This document shows positions 29,255 through 39,307 of a stretch of 64,000 nt of DNA, in pieces. Location: positions 32,001 to 96,000 of the IMG/VR virus record IMGVR_UViG_642918906_000001. One strand, 5' to 3'. Each line of letters starts with the position of its first letter. Position 1 is the first letter of the stretch. Made by a program: the position numbers and the translations under genes. The notes below the pieces were generated by a model. The model did not search any database, was not told the DNA's origin, and was given only the letters and a program-made list of their open reading frames with translations. The DNA is from a virus (Duplodnaviria; Caudoviricetes).

Positions 29255-29721
29255 CTGATACTAATCCACTCACAGAACTAAGAGCAAAGCATCCTGGCGC
29301 CGGTACCAAAAGTGATGGTTGGCTTATGAATGCGCTTAAATTAACAACTGATGCCGGTGGTCGAGACTACTTCAATCAGTGGGTTGATGAGAAACCCAAA
29401 TCCAACAGTAAGCTACCTAAGATCCCGTACTCGTTCTACTATGACGAGAAATACCACTGGATCATGAAAGACCAATCCGGTCAAGATCGTGTGGTAGATC
29501 CTAGTCTGTGGGCGAAGATGTTAGGTCGTGAAGAAATGATCGATGGGCTACACTTCCTTGGTACTACTGTTGTGGATCAGTTCTATGGCGAGATGCGCCT
29601 GTGTCTTGAACTACGTTGGAAAGGCAATCGTGTAACTGAAGTACGCCTGTGTGCACCAGATGGCGATGTGATTAAAAGCAATCTGAATCAGTTCCACACG
29701 TCGTTCGACGAAGCGTTGTAA
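29251..29721 (+). CDS. Hypothetical protein (paralog pair)
   Basis: GTGA coupling. Confidence 0.75.
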   Translation: MTDTNPLTELRAKHPGAGTKSDGWLMNALKLTTDAGGRDYFNQWVDEKPKSNSKLPKIPYSFYYDEKYHWIMKDQSGQDRVVDPSLWAKMLGREEMIDGLHFLGTTVVDQFYGEMRLCLELRWKGNRVTEVRLCAPDGDVIKSNLNQFHTSFDEAL

Positions 29722-29739
29722 TCAGCATAATCTTGTGTA

Positions 29740-29779
29740 GTGGAACCTTCGGGTTCCACATCACTTGCTTTTCTTTTTT
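29740..29779 (+). terminator. Hairpin terminator
   Basis: GTGGAACC-TTCG-GGTTCCAC with downstream T-runs. Confidence 0.75.
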
Positions 29780-29792
29780 GAGGATTTTCCAG

Positions 29793-30212
29793 ATGGCATC
29801 ATACGGAAAGTATAGAAGTGTTAATATACTGGCTCACTTCGCTGACGTTGTAGCGGAGCATGGACCATTTGATCCCAACGAGCGTGTCCAAGTGATACTT
29901 AGTCGGGATGGTCGATACACGATCGGTGGCGCTGATGCTTTCGACGAGAACGGATTCCCTAAGTACTACTTAGATCTTAGGAAATACTTGGTTAATACAA
30001 TCGACGGGGTACGCTATCTTAGTAATGGTGCACTATTGGTGGATTCCGATAATAAACGTTACGCTGTTTATATCTCGGATACGAAGCCAGATTATATCTT
30101 ACCTTACGCGATACATGTATCGTTTAAGGCTGCACCAGATAACTATTACTTCACCCAGTCTATGGATCTACCTTCGGACCATCCGTTCCTTCAGGCGTTT
30201 AAACGCGTCTAA
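29793..30212 (+). CDS. Hypothetical protein
   Basis: GAGGA SD before ATG 29793. Confidence 0.75.
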   Translation: MASYGKYRSVNILAHFADVVAEHGPFDPNERVQVILSRDGRYTIGGADAFDENGFPKYYLDLRKYLVNTIDGVRYLSNGALLVDSDNKRYAVYISDTKPDYILPYAIHVSFKAAPDNYYFTQSMDLPSDHPFLQAFKRV

Positions 30213-30215
30213 CTT

Positions 30216-30255
30216 AGCGGAGCCAGTGGCTCCGCTTTCTACCCCTTTCTTTTTT
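30216..30255 (+). terminator. Hairpin terminator
   Basis: AGCGGAGCC-AGT-GGCTCCGCT then a T-rich tail. Confidence 0.7.
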
Positions 30256-30263
30256 GGTGACCT

Positions 30264-30668
30264 ATGGCAACTTCAATACCAACACTGGGCATCACAGGTT
30301 GGATTAACGACCTAGCGGCTTCAGCGGACTATATGCTAGCCTGCTATATTACCGCGAACGTTTACGACTCCGTATTACATTACGGACAAAATACTACAAT
30401 GCAATATACATTGAAGACATTTGCCAACAACATGCAGGCCATCGAAGAACGCATGCATGATGACCTATTGGCTAAATTCCAAGTAGTCTTTGGTGACTCA
30501 GCTGAAGTTACAGTTGAAGTTGACACTGAAGATGACAACAAACCAGACCAATACACCATTCGTTTTACGGGTACAGTGTATGATGGCTCTACCGCTTATG
30601 TGGTGGGTCGTTTAGTACAGTATGAAAACGGACGTGTGATTCGAATTGCTAAGATTAACAACGGGTAA
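30264..30668 (+). CDS. Conserved protein, possibly T4 gp25-like baseplate/sheath initiator
   Basis: 134 aa, helix followed by a three-strand C-terminal pattern. The function is inference only. Confidence 0.5.
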   Translation: MATSIPTLGITGWINDLAASADYMLACYITANVYDSVLHYGQNTTMQYTLKTFANNMQAIEERMHDDLLAKFQVVFGDSAEVTVEVDTEDDNKPDQYTIRFTGTVYDGSTAYVVGRLVQYENGRVIRIAKINNG

Positions 30669-30673
30669 TTAAA

Positions 30674-31180
30674 ATGATCGATACATCCCCTAATGGTCAA
30701 TTGGATCGTCTTGCACAAGACGTAGCTTATATTAAGATGGAACTCACCAAACTGAACAAACGTCTGGATGAGTCAGATACATTTACTCTGAAGATTCTTC
30801 ATACTCTCAAGCGTGGTGAAGAAACCTTTGATCTACGTATTGCTCGTTCACAATACAATCTGTTTGCAGGTCTTGCTCATTCGCTTGAACATTCCATTGA
30901 AGATTTCACCAGTCGTCTACAGGCACGTCAACGAGGTTTTGAAGTACACGTCGTTGATGGTAAAACTGTTCTGGAGAACTCGGATACTATTCAAGTGGCA
31001 CGTGTGACTGAAGATACCTATGATTACTCGCCTGCGGCCACACCTGACGAGATTAACAATGTAGGTACTGAACCATTCACTAAGTATTTTAATGAACACC
31101 CTGAAGTGTTTGGTGATCGCAAGGTTATTCTGGTCAACATTCTAACTGAACAACTACCTGAGGTTCCTGTAGATGTCTAA
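30674..31180 (+). CDS. Hypothetical protein with N-terminal coiled coil
   Basis: Operon packing. Confidence 0.8.
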   Translation: MIDTSPNGQLDRLAQDVAYIKMELTKLNKRLDESDTFTLKILHTLKRGEETFDLRIARSQYNLFAGLAHSLEHSIEDFTSRLQARQRGFEVHVVDGKTVLENSDTIQVARVTEDTYDYSPAATPDEINNVGTEPFTKYFNEHPEVFGDRKVILVNILTEQLPEVPVDV

Positions 31181-31778
31181 ACCTAATTACCTTAACGGTA
31201 TGTTGGTAGGATATCAAGAATTGGATCGGGCTATTAACGACATCCTTGCTAACGATGAACGGCAAACACCGGTCGTTGGCGAAGATGTTTTTATTAACCA
31301 CATCATTCCTATTCTCCAGCAACCATGGAAAGAAGAGAACCTTCGCAAGTACGGACGTTATGTAGTTGAACCTACACAAGCCCTCCGTGTAGCAGGTGTG
31401 CGGGATGGTAAGACCGTTGTACTATTTACCATTCCACCATTGATGGGTCGAGTTGATACCACATCGCCAGTCGTTAGCGGTATTACCGTTAACCAGTTGG
31501 TTGAGTATGCATCTATTATGCGTGCTCGACACACCGGTGAAAACGTCGATGGCAACGTTACAGAATACTTGCATCAAATCACTAATCAGATTCCACCAGA
31601 GCAGAAAGTTCTGGTTCCCATTGGCGCCATCTTGGGAGTTTATGGTAAGACCTTCCTAGACGACATGGGTCATCCACTATACTCACTTGAAGGCGTTCCT
31701 AATCAGGTTACGGGTGAACTACCCCGTGCCACTGATGAAACTCAGTTTGTAAGTGCCGGATATATTGATGAAGACTGA
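31173..31778 (+). CDS. Conserved hypothetical protein
   Basis: GAGG SD, precedes sbcD. Confidence 0.8.
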   Translation: MSKPNYLNGMLVGYQELDRAINDILANDERQTPVVGEDVFINHIIPILQQPWKEENLRKYGRYVVEPTQALRVAGVRDGKTVVLFTIPPLMGRVDTTSPVVSGITVNQLVEYASIMRARHTGENVDGNVTEYLHQITNQIPPEQKVLVPIGAILGVYGKTFLDDMGHPLYSLEGVPNQVTGELPRATDETQFVSAGYIDED

Positions 31779-32913
31779 CCAGACTAAAAAGCCTGGTGTG
31801 TTTAGCTATATCAGTCTTGGCGATGTTCACTTAGGGCATCGCCAGACACCTGCTACCCACATCATTCGCAACTTGAACCGCCTGATCCATGACGAGTTAT
31901 TGAAGACCCTCGATGCGATCTTTATTACCGGTGACCTTTTTGATCGACAGCTTAATAATGGTGACGACGATGTTCACGCTATTAACCGCTGGATCACTTT
32001 TCTGATGTTCAAGTGTGCTGCGTATGATGTCCACATTTATATCGTGGAGGGTACGCCAAGCCACGATCGTATGCAATCTCAATTCTTTGTTGAGCAGAAA
32101 GTTAACGCCAATATTCCAGTTAACCTACATTACGCCAAAGAGCTAGAGATTGTGTACAACGAGCGCTTTGACGCTCATATTCTTTTTGTCCCTGATAAAT
32201 GGCATCCATCCACAGCTGTGACGTTATCACAGGTTAAAGAACTGATGGCAGCCAAGGGCTTAGAGCAAGTTGATTTCGCTATCATGCATGGTGCATTCAG
32301 CTATCAATTACCCTCAATCGTAGAAGAGCCTACCCACGATGAAGTCGAATACAGAAAACTTGTACGGCACCAGATTCTCATCGGACACGTACACATTCAA
32401 ACCGTTACAGAAAAGATTTACGCCGCTGGATCTTTCGATCGTATATGCCACAATGACGAGATTCCAAAAGGAATGTTCCTTTTCAATGTTAGACAGGACG
32501 GCACTTTTGATGCACAATTCATCGAAAACAAGTGGGCTAAGCAATACGTCACGTGGGATGTCCACGGCCTCGATACCAAAGAACTTAATCATGCGGTTAA
32601 GGAACGGATCAAAGGACTTCCACGCGGTAGTTCGATCCGACTTAGATGCGACCCAGGCGACGTAGCCAATGGTGATATCGATTCGTTCCGTAAAGAATAC
32701 CCGGAACAGGATTGGCAGATCACTGTGGAAAAAGCTACTGCTAAGAAGAATACTGTAATGGAATCCATTCGTAACTTCGATATGTCAGAGTTTGTTCCTA
32801 TCACCAAAGACAACCTGCTTGAACTACTGCTGTACGAACTGGAAACCAATGGGCACTCTGAGACAACTGTAGAACGTTGCGCTAAGAGATATACAGATTA
32901 CATTAAGGGTTAA
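31768..32913 (+). CDS. sbcD: SbcD/Mre11-like metallophosphoesterase nuclease
   Basis: GDVH, GDLFD, GTPSHD, HG and GHVH motifs. Confidence 0.92.
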   Translation: MKTDQTKKPGVFSYISLGDVHLGHRQTPATHIIRNLNRLIHDELLKTLDAIFITGDLFDRQLNNGDDDVHAINRWITFLMFKCAAYDVHIYIVEGTPSHDRMQSQFFVEQKVNANIPVNLHYAKELEIVYNERFDAHILFVPDKWHPSTAVTLSQVKELMAAKGLEQVDFAIMHGAFSYQLPSIVEEPTHDEVEYRKLVRHQILIGHVHIQTVTEKIYAAGSFDRICHNDEIPKGMFLFNVRQDGTFDAQFIENKWAKQYVTWDVHGLDTKELNHAVKERIKGLPRGSSIRLRCDPGDVANGDIDSFRKEYPEQDWQITVEKATAKKNTVMESIRNFDMSEFVPITKDNLLELLLYELETNGHSETTVERCAKRYTDYIKG

Positions 32914-32916
32914 GCA

Positions 32917-33741
32917 ATGGATCTCATTGAAAGAGAAATTGGGAAGATACCCGTTAGTATCGGAACATCTCTTGCCTTTGAGGGTTACTTAGACATCCAC
33001 CCAAACCAACCTAAGCAACCAATTGACGTTAAAACGGTTAAAGAGATTTGGGTCAACCTTAGAACGTTGGCCCGTAATCTATGGCAAGCTGTACCCACCG
33101 CAGAGGTAGCGAACTTAAACCCTGCGGGAGCAGTGGATGTTCTAATGCAGGAGGTACAAACCATTCCCGTTGCGCTCGCCCAATATGGAGCCAGAGCTAA
33201 AGTCCGCTATTACATCACAGGTAAAGATGCGATGAAGTGGACTTTCCCTAATGCTACATTCAAGCAAGCCAAAACGCCAAAACAAATGGCATATGAAGTT
33301 TACGAACGCTATGCAGCGATTGAGTTGTATAAGCGAATGAAAGACGAAGGTATGGCTGTTATTCTGATCGATCGGAAACCGCCTCCTAGTGACGGTACGG
33401 TTGCTCTACTAACACACTACCCTTCGGATCTTTTGTGGAAAGAACATTTCAATCGTTTACTATTGTTGGAATCACATACCGGTAAATTGAAACCGTGGAA
33501 TATGTGGTACACCAAACTACAGAACATCTCTGAAGACACACCGATGCCCTTTAACAAATTTACGTTACAGGTATTCGGTGACAACGTGGACCTAGTTCCA
33601 CAACCACGTAATATCATCGGTCAGTTGAAGCAGATGGCTACCTCCAAACGATGGAGTCCTGTTACTACTGAAGCCAAGATGTACCATGACATTCAGTCTG
33701 GTAGCAAAGAACTTAAAGAAGCCTACGCCAAATTGAGATAA
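32917..33741 (+). CDS. Conserved protein with a FEN/5'-nuclease-like H3TH motif
   Basis: LQVFGDNVDLVP resembles GD-x-x-D-x-x-P. Confidence 0.6.
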   Translation: MDLIEREIGKIPVSIGTSLAFEGYLDIHPNQPKQPIDVKTVKEIWVNLRTLARNLWQAVPTAEVANLNPAGAVDVLMQEVQTIPVALAQYGARAKVRYYITGKDAMKWTFPNATFKQAKTPKQMAYEVYERYAAIELYKRMKDEGMAVILIDRKPPPSDGTVALLTHYPSDLLWKEHFNRLLLLESHTGKLKPWNMWYTKLQNISEDTPMPFNKFTLQVFGDNVDLVPQPRNIIGQLKQMATSKRWSPVTTEAKMYHDIQSGSKELKEAYAKLR

Positions 33742-33808
33742 TACTCGTAAGCTTATCATACGTAGCACTTTCGCGAAGTGTATATTTTTTAAAACTCTGG
33801 AGTTAACA

Positions 33809-34552
33809 ATGTCGCAACAACAAAACTTTCCTGCACCAACCCTGAACGTCTTTTCCGTTATGTCGAACTGGATGTTTGCTGACCCTGTCGATGGGGCACA
33901 GAAACGTCCGAGCATGCGAGTAGGCGTATTTGGTAACGTGCCGCGTATCACTGTAAAAACTAACCTACCAAATGACCTGAACCATGGTAAGATTGATTTC
34001 AACATGGATCTGGCTACCTTCGCTGTAGGTATGGCTTACCTGCAAGATCTGGTTGAAGGTAAGGATGTTCCACAGGAACAGAAGTTTGAATATCAGGACG
34101 ATTTCGTTGCTGGTAAGAAACTGGACAAGATCATTACCCTGTCTACTTGGGTAATTGGTAAAGCTGCTGATGGTCGTATCTATATGGCGGTTATCAGCTC
34201 ACAAGCTCAGCGTCCACGCATCCGTTTCTTCTTCGGTCCTACCAAGTACCACAACATCAAGAATGGTGACGGTTCTCAAGTCGGTACTGATCTGATCTCG
34301 GCAGCTTACGCTCGTGGCTTTGCCCGTAGTTCGGAACAGCTGGTCTACATTCTGTTGGGTGGTCCATCTTTCGACCCTAACGCTAAGAACGTTGCTAACC
34401 CTGCCAACTTTGGTGGCGGTGGTGGTAATGGCGGTGGCCAAGGTGGTGGTTTTAACAAAGGCGGTAACGGCGGACAACGTCCACAATACAGTGGTGGTAA
34501 TCAACAAAGTCAACCTGCCGCTGACACAGAACTGGCCAGCTTCGATTGGTGA
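33809..34552 (+). CDS. chmC: ChmC-like nuclear-shell-associated nucleic-acid-binding protein (phiKZ gp67/Imp6-like)
   Basis: 247 aa, globular domain plus G/N/Q-rich tail ending in FDW, directly upstream of the gp68-gp69 homologs. Confidence 0.75.
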   Translation: MSQQQNFPAPTLNVFSVMSNWMFADPVDGAQKRPSMRVGVFGNVPRITVKTNLPNDLNHGKIDFNMDLATFAVGMAYLQDLVEGKDVPQEQKFEYQDDFVAGKKLDKIITLSTWVIGKAADGRIYMAVISSQAQRPRIRFFFGPTKYHNIKNGDGSQVGTDLISAAYARGFARSSEQLVYILLGGPSFDPNAKNVANPANFGGGGGNGGGQGGGFNKGGNGGQRPQYSGGNQQSQPAADTELASFDW

Positions 34553-34566
34553 TAATCTAAAAACAT

Positions 34567-34600
34567 CAGCTATCTTGATTCGTCAGGATAGCTGTATGCC
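34567..34600 (+). terminator. Hairpin terminator
   Basis: CAGCTATCTTGA-TTCG-TCAGGATAGCTG-TATGCC. Confidence 0.75.
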
Positions 34601-34631
34601 CCAATCGTCGGTTTAGGGTTAATACAAAATA

Positions 34632-34655
34632 TTTGAGATTTATATTACTGGTGTG
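34632..34655 (+). promoter_or_regulatory. Early promoter
   Basis: TTTGAGATT-TATATTAC-TGGT-GTG. Confidence 0.85.
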
Positions 34656-34678
34656 TAGTATATAGATGAGGATTGACT

Positions 34679-36262
34679 ATGGAGTTTTTTGTTTCCAATG
34701 TACAGGGCGCAGGTTTTACAGAAGTATCCGTGAAGCACGGCGATGAAGTATTAACTTGGTCAACTAGAACTTACAGTAAGGTACAACTAGCCAACCCTAA
34801 TCGGGTGTTTAATGAACTGAATGGTTTTCTACAAACACTACCGCCTGCTACGCACGATAAAATGTTCACGAGTTACAGTGAGATCAATCGACTGTTTCGA
34901 ATGGGCTTTGAACCGCAGCATCTGGTTAACACACTGGTTCACCACATCGAGGAGATCTATAAGTGTCTTCCGATGAATGCACTACGACGCTGGTTGTTGA
35001 CTATAGGTAACATCTATATTCCAGCTGACACACAAGATACGATCACACAGGACTCTCGCTATAACAAGCGTGGTCAGACTTATCTCAAATCAGACTACAT
35101 TAACCTTGCAACTGTTGCCATGGCACTGCAAGCAATGATTCCAGTTTGGGGTGAGTATATCGATCAGTGCACTGACCAAGAACTCTATAAAGAGAACTCG
35201 GTTGTTGGACTGGTACATCGCTGTGAACTAACGAACTGGCCACTCAATGAAACCGATGCGATGGGTGAAGAGATCCCAACCGCATGGGAAAAATTGGATG
35301 ACTATATTCGTTATCGAGTTGAAGATGAGCCTAACACACTGCCTCGGCAATGGGCTGGCCAATCCGCAACCGACGTTCGAGTGTTGCTGCATTCCAAAGT
35401 ACTGGTACGTCGCCTGACGATCATTCCTCTTAACGATCACTCCAGTCACTCTATCGTATCTAACATCTTCAGCTATGTGCGTACTAACGTATCTCCAGCT
35501 GAACGAAGTACCGCTGATCGGGTAGCTAAGAAACAACCTGAAGGTGGTTCTAGCATGGATGACGAAAACAAAACGTCGTTCATTGAATCTCATAAAACAA
35601 CTAGTCGAATTAGTCCTGGTGACGTTACGATGTACAACCTGGAGGCTAAGGACTATGTAATGTTGGCTGAGACTGTAGATCCAACGATCTGCAAAGATAA
35701 ACTGGCACAGTGTATTAGTTGTATTGACCATGTAGCGCAGATTGAAATTCGTCCACATCAGATCCTGCTGGCACAATGGGTTATGGCAAAAGCATTTCCT
35801 GCTCGAGCATTCTATCATATCTCCAAGCTACCAGTGAACTATCTGTTGGCCACGACCCAAGCATTGTTGTGGCATTGGGGTTTTAAAGACGCTGCAATCA
35901 TGATGCAAGTTGAGCCAGTGATGTACGGTGAACATGGTTCTACCACGCAGCTCACTCAGGCACGACAAGGTTCTCGTATTGCTAACCGGTTCCGTCCACA
36001 ACTGGATGAACTGTTCCCGCATATGAAGCTTCAAAAGACCCCGCAGAATGGGTCTGAAACACCTAAGCCAGAAAACATGGCAGGGCTGGCTATCAACAAC
36101 TGCAACCATTCGATCCGCGGTTCCAACTGGGTCTATCATGGACCGATGCGGCTGTTTGAAGAAGCTGGGCAGATCACTCATAACCGGGTACTGATTATCC
36201 CGCAGACCATCAAACATACGCTCACCGAAGTTGTAATCCATTTGGCACAGATCAACCAGTAA
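34679..36262 (+). CDS. Non-virion RNAP sigma-like specificity subunit (phiKZ gp68-like)
   Basis: About 527 aa, helical, DYINL...PVWGEY; conserved position before gp69/gp70/beta. Confidence 0.8.
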   Translation: MEFFVSNVQGAGFTEVSVKHGDEVLTWSTRTYSKVQLANPNRVFNELNGFLQTLPPATHDKMFTSYSEINRLFRMGFEPQHLVNTLVHHIEEIYKCLPMNALRRWLLTIGNIYIPADTQDTITQDSRYNKRGQTYLKSDYINLATVAMALQAMIPVWGEYIDQCTDQELYKENSVVGLVHRCELTNWPLNETDAMGEEIPTAWEKLDDYIRYRVEDEPNTLPRQWAGQSATDVRVLLHSKVLVRRLTIIPLNDHSSHSIVSNIFSYVRTNVSPAERSTADRVAKKQPEGGSSMDDENKTSFIESHKTTSRISPGDVTMYNLEAKDYVMLAETVDPTICKDKLAQCISCIDHVAQIEIRPHQILLAQWVMAKAFPARAFYHISKLPVNYLLATTQALLWHWGFKDAAIMMQVEPVMYGEHGSTTQLTQARQGSRIANRFRPQLDELFPHMKLQKTPQNGSETPKPENMAGLAINNCNHSIRGSNWVYHGPMRLFEEAGQITHNRVLIIPQTIKHTLTEVVIHLAQINQ

Positions 36263-36276
36263 GAGGTACGCAATAG

Positions 36277-37950
36277 ATGTTTAACATTAACCAGGGCGCA
36301 ACAGTAGGTAATTCGCAAGTACGCTTTGAACCTAACGGTTTCATTGCAGTACAGACCGGCACCTATCAAGCACAATGTCTACGACCGTTTAAAAGTAATA
36401 CCAACGAGGCAGTAGTTGGTGCACTGCGTCAAGCTACTCACGATGGTCTTAACCTCGGCGTAGCAGCCGTGCAAGAGATCGCCTCTGATGTTATTGTTCC
36501 ACAAGCTATGGTCGAAGGTGAGGTAATGATTCCTCACAACTTCACCTCGGCACGATTCCGCCTGATGTGTCGTGTAAACGAATCGCATCCTTTCATTCAG
36601 GGTACCACTACCCAGCGAGTCTTCTTCGGTTACTCCGACCATTGTGACGTTGCAATGGGTGGTAAGCATCTGCCTGATGACATGCGGATTTACTTCAACT
36701 CTGAAACGATTATCCAAGAGTCTATCGTGCCAACTCCACATGGGCCACAGACTCAAGCCCGTATCATCGGATCTAACCAAATCATTTCCCCAGTCAACAT
36801 GATGGGTGGCAATAATGGGATGTTCGCTCGACCAAGTAACTTCTTGATTCGTCCTGAAGATAACTTTAACTTGATGCAGACTAAAGCAGTTGCAAAGAAC
36901 CTGCAAGAGAATGGTCTGGTTGATGTTAAGATCGATACCTCCTACGACTATCGCACGATGGTAGGTGAAGGTGGCTCGTTCAAGTATTCGATGCGTAAGG
37001 ACACTTCTCCAGTTCGTTATCTGTCGAGTTCGTTGGGTGCATATCAACATGCGCGTTCCGAATATAACGACACCATGCGTGATTCGGATACATTGCTGTT
37101 CAACAAAGGTTCTGATCCAACCGAGACACTGCTTGGCGAAGCGGCTAACATGTGTCGTAACCATGCAATCCAATCGAATACCTTCCTGGGTATTCTGCGT
37201 GAGCATGCTGGCTTCATGGAACGTGGCTATGTAACTTGGAAACGTTTGAAAGAACTGTTCCCAGAACTGTGCCATCCTGAAGTTGCTAAGTTCGCTATGA
37301 ACGATGGCACCACCCAGCGTAAGGTCGTTTCCCAAGCGCACCAATCGCAAACGTTCAATGGCGCTGACAATAAGTCCATCGCGGTGGCACTGTTGTCTCA
37401 GGCTATTCCATCGATCATGATGGATACGTTCTTCCGTCAAGTGTCCTTTGCGGTAACTAACGGTAGTGGTCCAAACGAATATCTGTTCGAGATCTTTCCG
37501 AATGGTACCCAGAGTATCATCCGTAACTTCGACATGCGTCCGTACATTCAACAATTGGAACGTCGCGTTAAAGTAGATATCCTGAACAATATCTCCCGTG
37601 GTAATCAGATCCCATTCCGTATCAGCTGTAGTTCGGACTTGGCTGGTGAAACCATTATGGACATCTCACTGGGTAATGATCCAGTAGAGCGTTACGTTGC
37701 ACCGACTTTCGCAGATAGTCTGTTCTCACCGGTGATCACTCGTAACCAAGAACTCTCCAATGAGATCGCTAACGATATCACGTGGCTGGTTCGTAAGGTT
37801 ATTGATGGTGACGCTAGTCGTCAACCTGAGATCGATATGACGCAAGTCTATACTCCTTATCAGCATCCTGTAGCACCAGCTGCACAGTTTAATCCTCAAG
37901 CACTTAATACCGGAGCACAAAACAATGTCGCAAACCTTGGCCTCCTATAA
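36277..37950 (+). CDS. picA: PicA/Imp1-like nuclear import factor (phiKZ gp69-like)
   Basis: 557 aa, synteny, motifs TGTY-x-x-Q-x-x-RPF and PTFADSLFSPV. Confidence 0.75.
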   Translation: MFNINQGATVGNSQVRFEPNGFIAVQTGTYQAQCLRPFKSNTNEAVVGALRQATHDGLNLGVAAVQEIASDVIVPQAMVEGEVMIPHNFTSARFRLMCRVNESHPFIQGTTTQRVFFGYSDHCDVAMGGKHLPDDMRIYFNSETIIQESIVPTPHGPQTQARIIGSNQIISPVNMMGGNNGMFARPSNFLIRPEDNFNLMQTKAVAKNLQENGLVDVKIDTSYDYRTMVGEGGSFKYSMRKDTSPVRYLSSSLGAYQHARSEYNDTMRDSDTLLFNKGSDPTETLLGEAANMCRNHAIQSNTFLGILREHAGFMERGYVTWKRLKELFPELCHPEVAKFAMNDGTTQRKVVSQAHQSQTFNGADNKSIAVALLSQAIPSIMMDTFFRQVSFAVTNGSGPNEYLFEIFPNGTQSIIRNFDMRPYIQQLERRVKVDILNNISRGNQIPFRISCSSDLAGETIMDISLGNDPVERYVAPTFADSLFSPVITRNQELSNEIANDITWLVRKVIDGDASRQPEIDMTQVYTPYQHPVAPAAQFNPQALNTGAQNNVANLGLL

Positions 37951-39250
37951 CGCCATTCTCCCAGCATTCAGCATCGTAGCTGATGACGATGGTCGACTGA
38001 GCCAGAAAAACCCACTCGGTACTCTGGCTCCATTGAGTATCGGTGGACAACGACTGGTACTCCCTTCTAAGGCTTGGCTGAAGAAGGGGTTCGGTGAAGA
38101 CCACGTACCGTTCCACCCACTGTGTGAAGTAATGTCTCGTGAAGGCACTTCCCCAGTAATCCAGCTGCTCCAGCGTCAAGCTAAAGCGGTAATCTCTTAC
38201 AACGTATTCAGTCTGCTGCAAGGACTGATGAAAGTTGCAGTCGATAAAGAATCTCACAAGGATCTGCCAATCGAATGCACTGACTTCCTGAAGAAGCTGA
38301 GTAACGCTGACAAGACCACTGCTGAACTGCTGGACAAACTGTTGTCCGCCGCTACTAAGAAGAACCGTCTGCTGACTGTTTATCTTAAGAATGGTGGTAA
38401 GTTTGATGGTAAGAAAGTTAACCGTTCGGCGATCATTCGATTCCCGATCATGGAAGACCTGCAAGCCGATCAAACCAACACTAACGTACTGGGGGTGACG
38501 ATTCCTAAGAAACAGCGTCCTACCCTGATCGCTCTGTTCAAGTTGGTCCTGCCATTCGGTGATAACCCAGAGGAATATTCCTTTGGTACCGTAGCCCGTG
38601 TAGCACCATATTACACTGCACTGCTGACTGCATATCACAAGATCGCTACCGTGTTGAATCAGTCGATCAATACGTATGGTGAGAAGCTTAACATCCCTGT
38701 TCGTCCAATCGAATTGTTTGATCTGGACTGCATCGATGAGTTCTCCAAGATCTATAACGAACTGCCAGCATTGAATGGTAACGAAGGTACCACCAAAGAG
38801 CAGGATCTGGAAGCGAGTGAAACTGTTGTACCGAAGAAGCAGCTTCGTGCTACTGAAACGGTTGCGCAGGTAGCCCGTAATGAGAACAAGCCTGTAGAAA
38901 CGCTGACCGAAGCATTGGTAACACGCGGATCTAATGGTGCATCGATGGACGACTTCATGAAAGCCATCAATCCACAGCCTCAGTTTAACCAGTATCCTCA
39001 GGCAACTCCACCGTCTAATGGTTATTTCCCACAAGGGCAATTCCCACAGCACAACGGTTTCAATAACGTAACCGGTTACGGTAACAATGGCTATCCGACG
39101 CAACAACCTCCAGTTGGTAACCCATATGCACCGATTCCAACGGCTGCTCCATGGGAACAACAGCAACAAGGTAGCTGGGGTGGTGGACCAGCTAACCCAT
39201 TCATGGCAGCTACTGCCACCGGTCGCGGTAACGGTATGGGTCTGATCTAA
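37925..39250 (+). CDS. Conserved Chimalliviridae core protein (phiKZ gp70-like) with Q/N/P/G-rich tail
   Basis: FHPLCE, NRSAIIRFP, YSFGT...APY; synteny. Confidence 0.75.
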   Translation: MSQTLASYNAILPAFSIVADDDGRLSQKNPLGTLAPLSIGGQRLVLPSKAWLKKGFGEDHVPFHPLCEVMSREGTSPVIQLLQRQAKAVISYNVFSLLQGLMKVAVDKESHKDLPIECTDFLKKLSNADKTTAELLDKLLSAATKKNRLLTVYLKNGGKFDGKKVNRSAIIRFPIMEDLQADQTNTNVLGVTIPKKQRPTLIALFKLVLPFGDNPEEYSFGTVARVAPYYTALLTAYHKIATVLNQSINTYGEKLNIPVRPIELFDLDCIDEFSKIYNELPALNGNEGTTKEQDLEASETVVPKKQLRATETVAQVARNENKPVETLTEALVTRGSNGASMDDFMKAINPQPQFNQYPQATPPSNGYFPQGQFPQHNGFNNVTGYGNNGYPTQQPPVGNPYAPIPTAAPWEQQQQGSWGGGPANPFMAATATGRGNGMGLI

Positions 39251-39251
39251 A

Positions 39252-39297
39252 CGGCATAAGCTGGGGTCTTCGGACCCCAGTCTATACCTTCTTTTTT
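39252..39297. terminator. Terminator between convergent genes
   Basis: CTGGGGTC-TTCG-GACCCCAG. Confidence 0.85.
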
Positions 39298-39307
39298 ACG
39301 CGGGTTT

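Noticed and set aside
36379-39169. Long antisense ORFs (391 and 421 aa), and similar ones at 13-774, 14332, 25000, 40088 and 51545
   Set aside because: Shadow ORFs opposite well-supported genes
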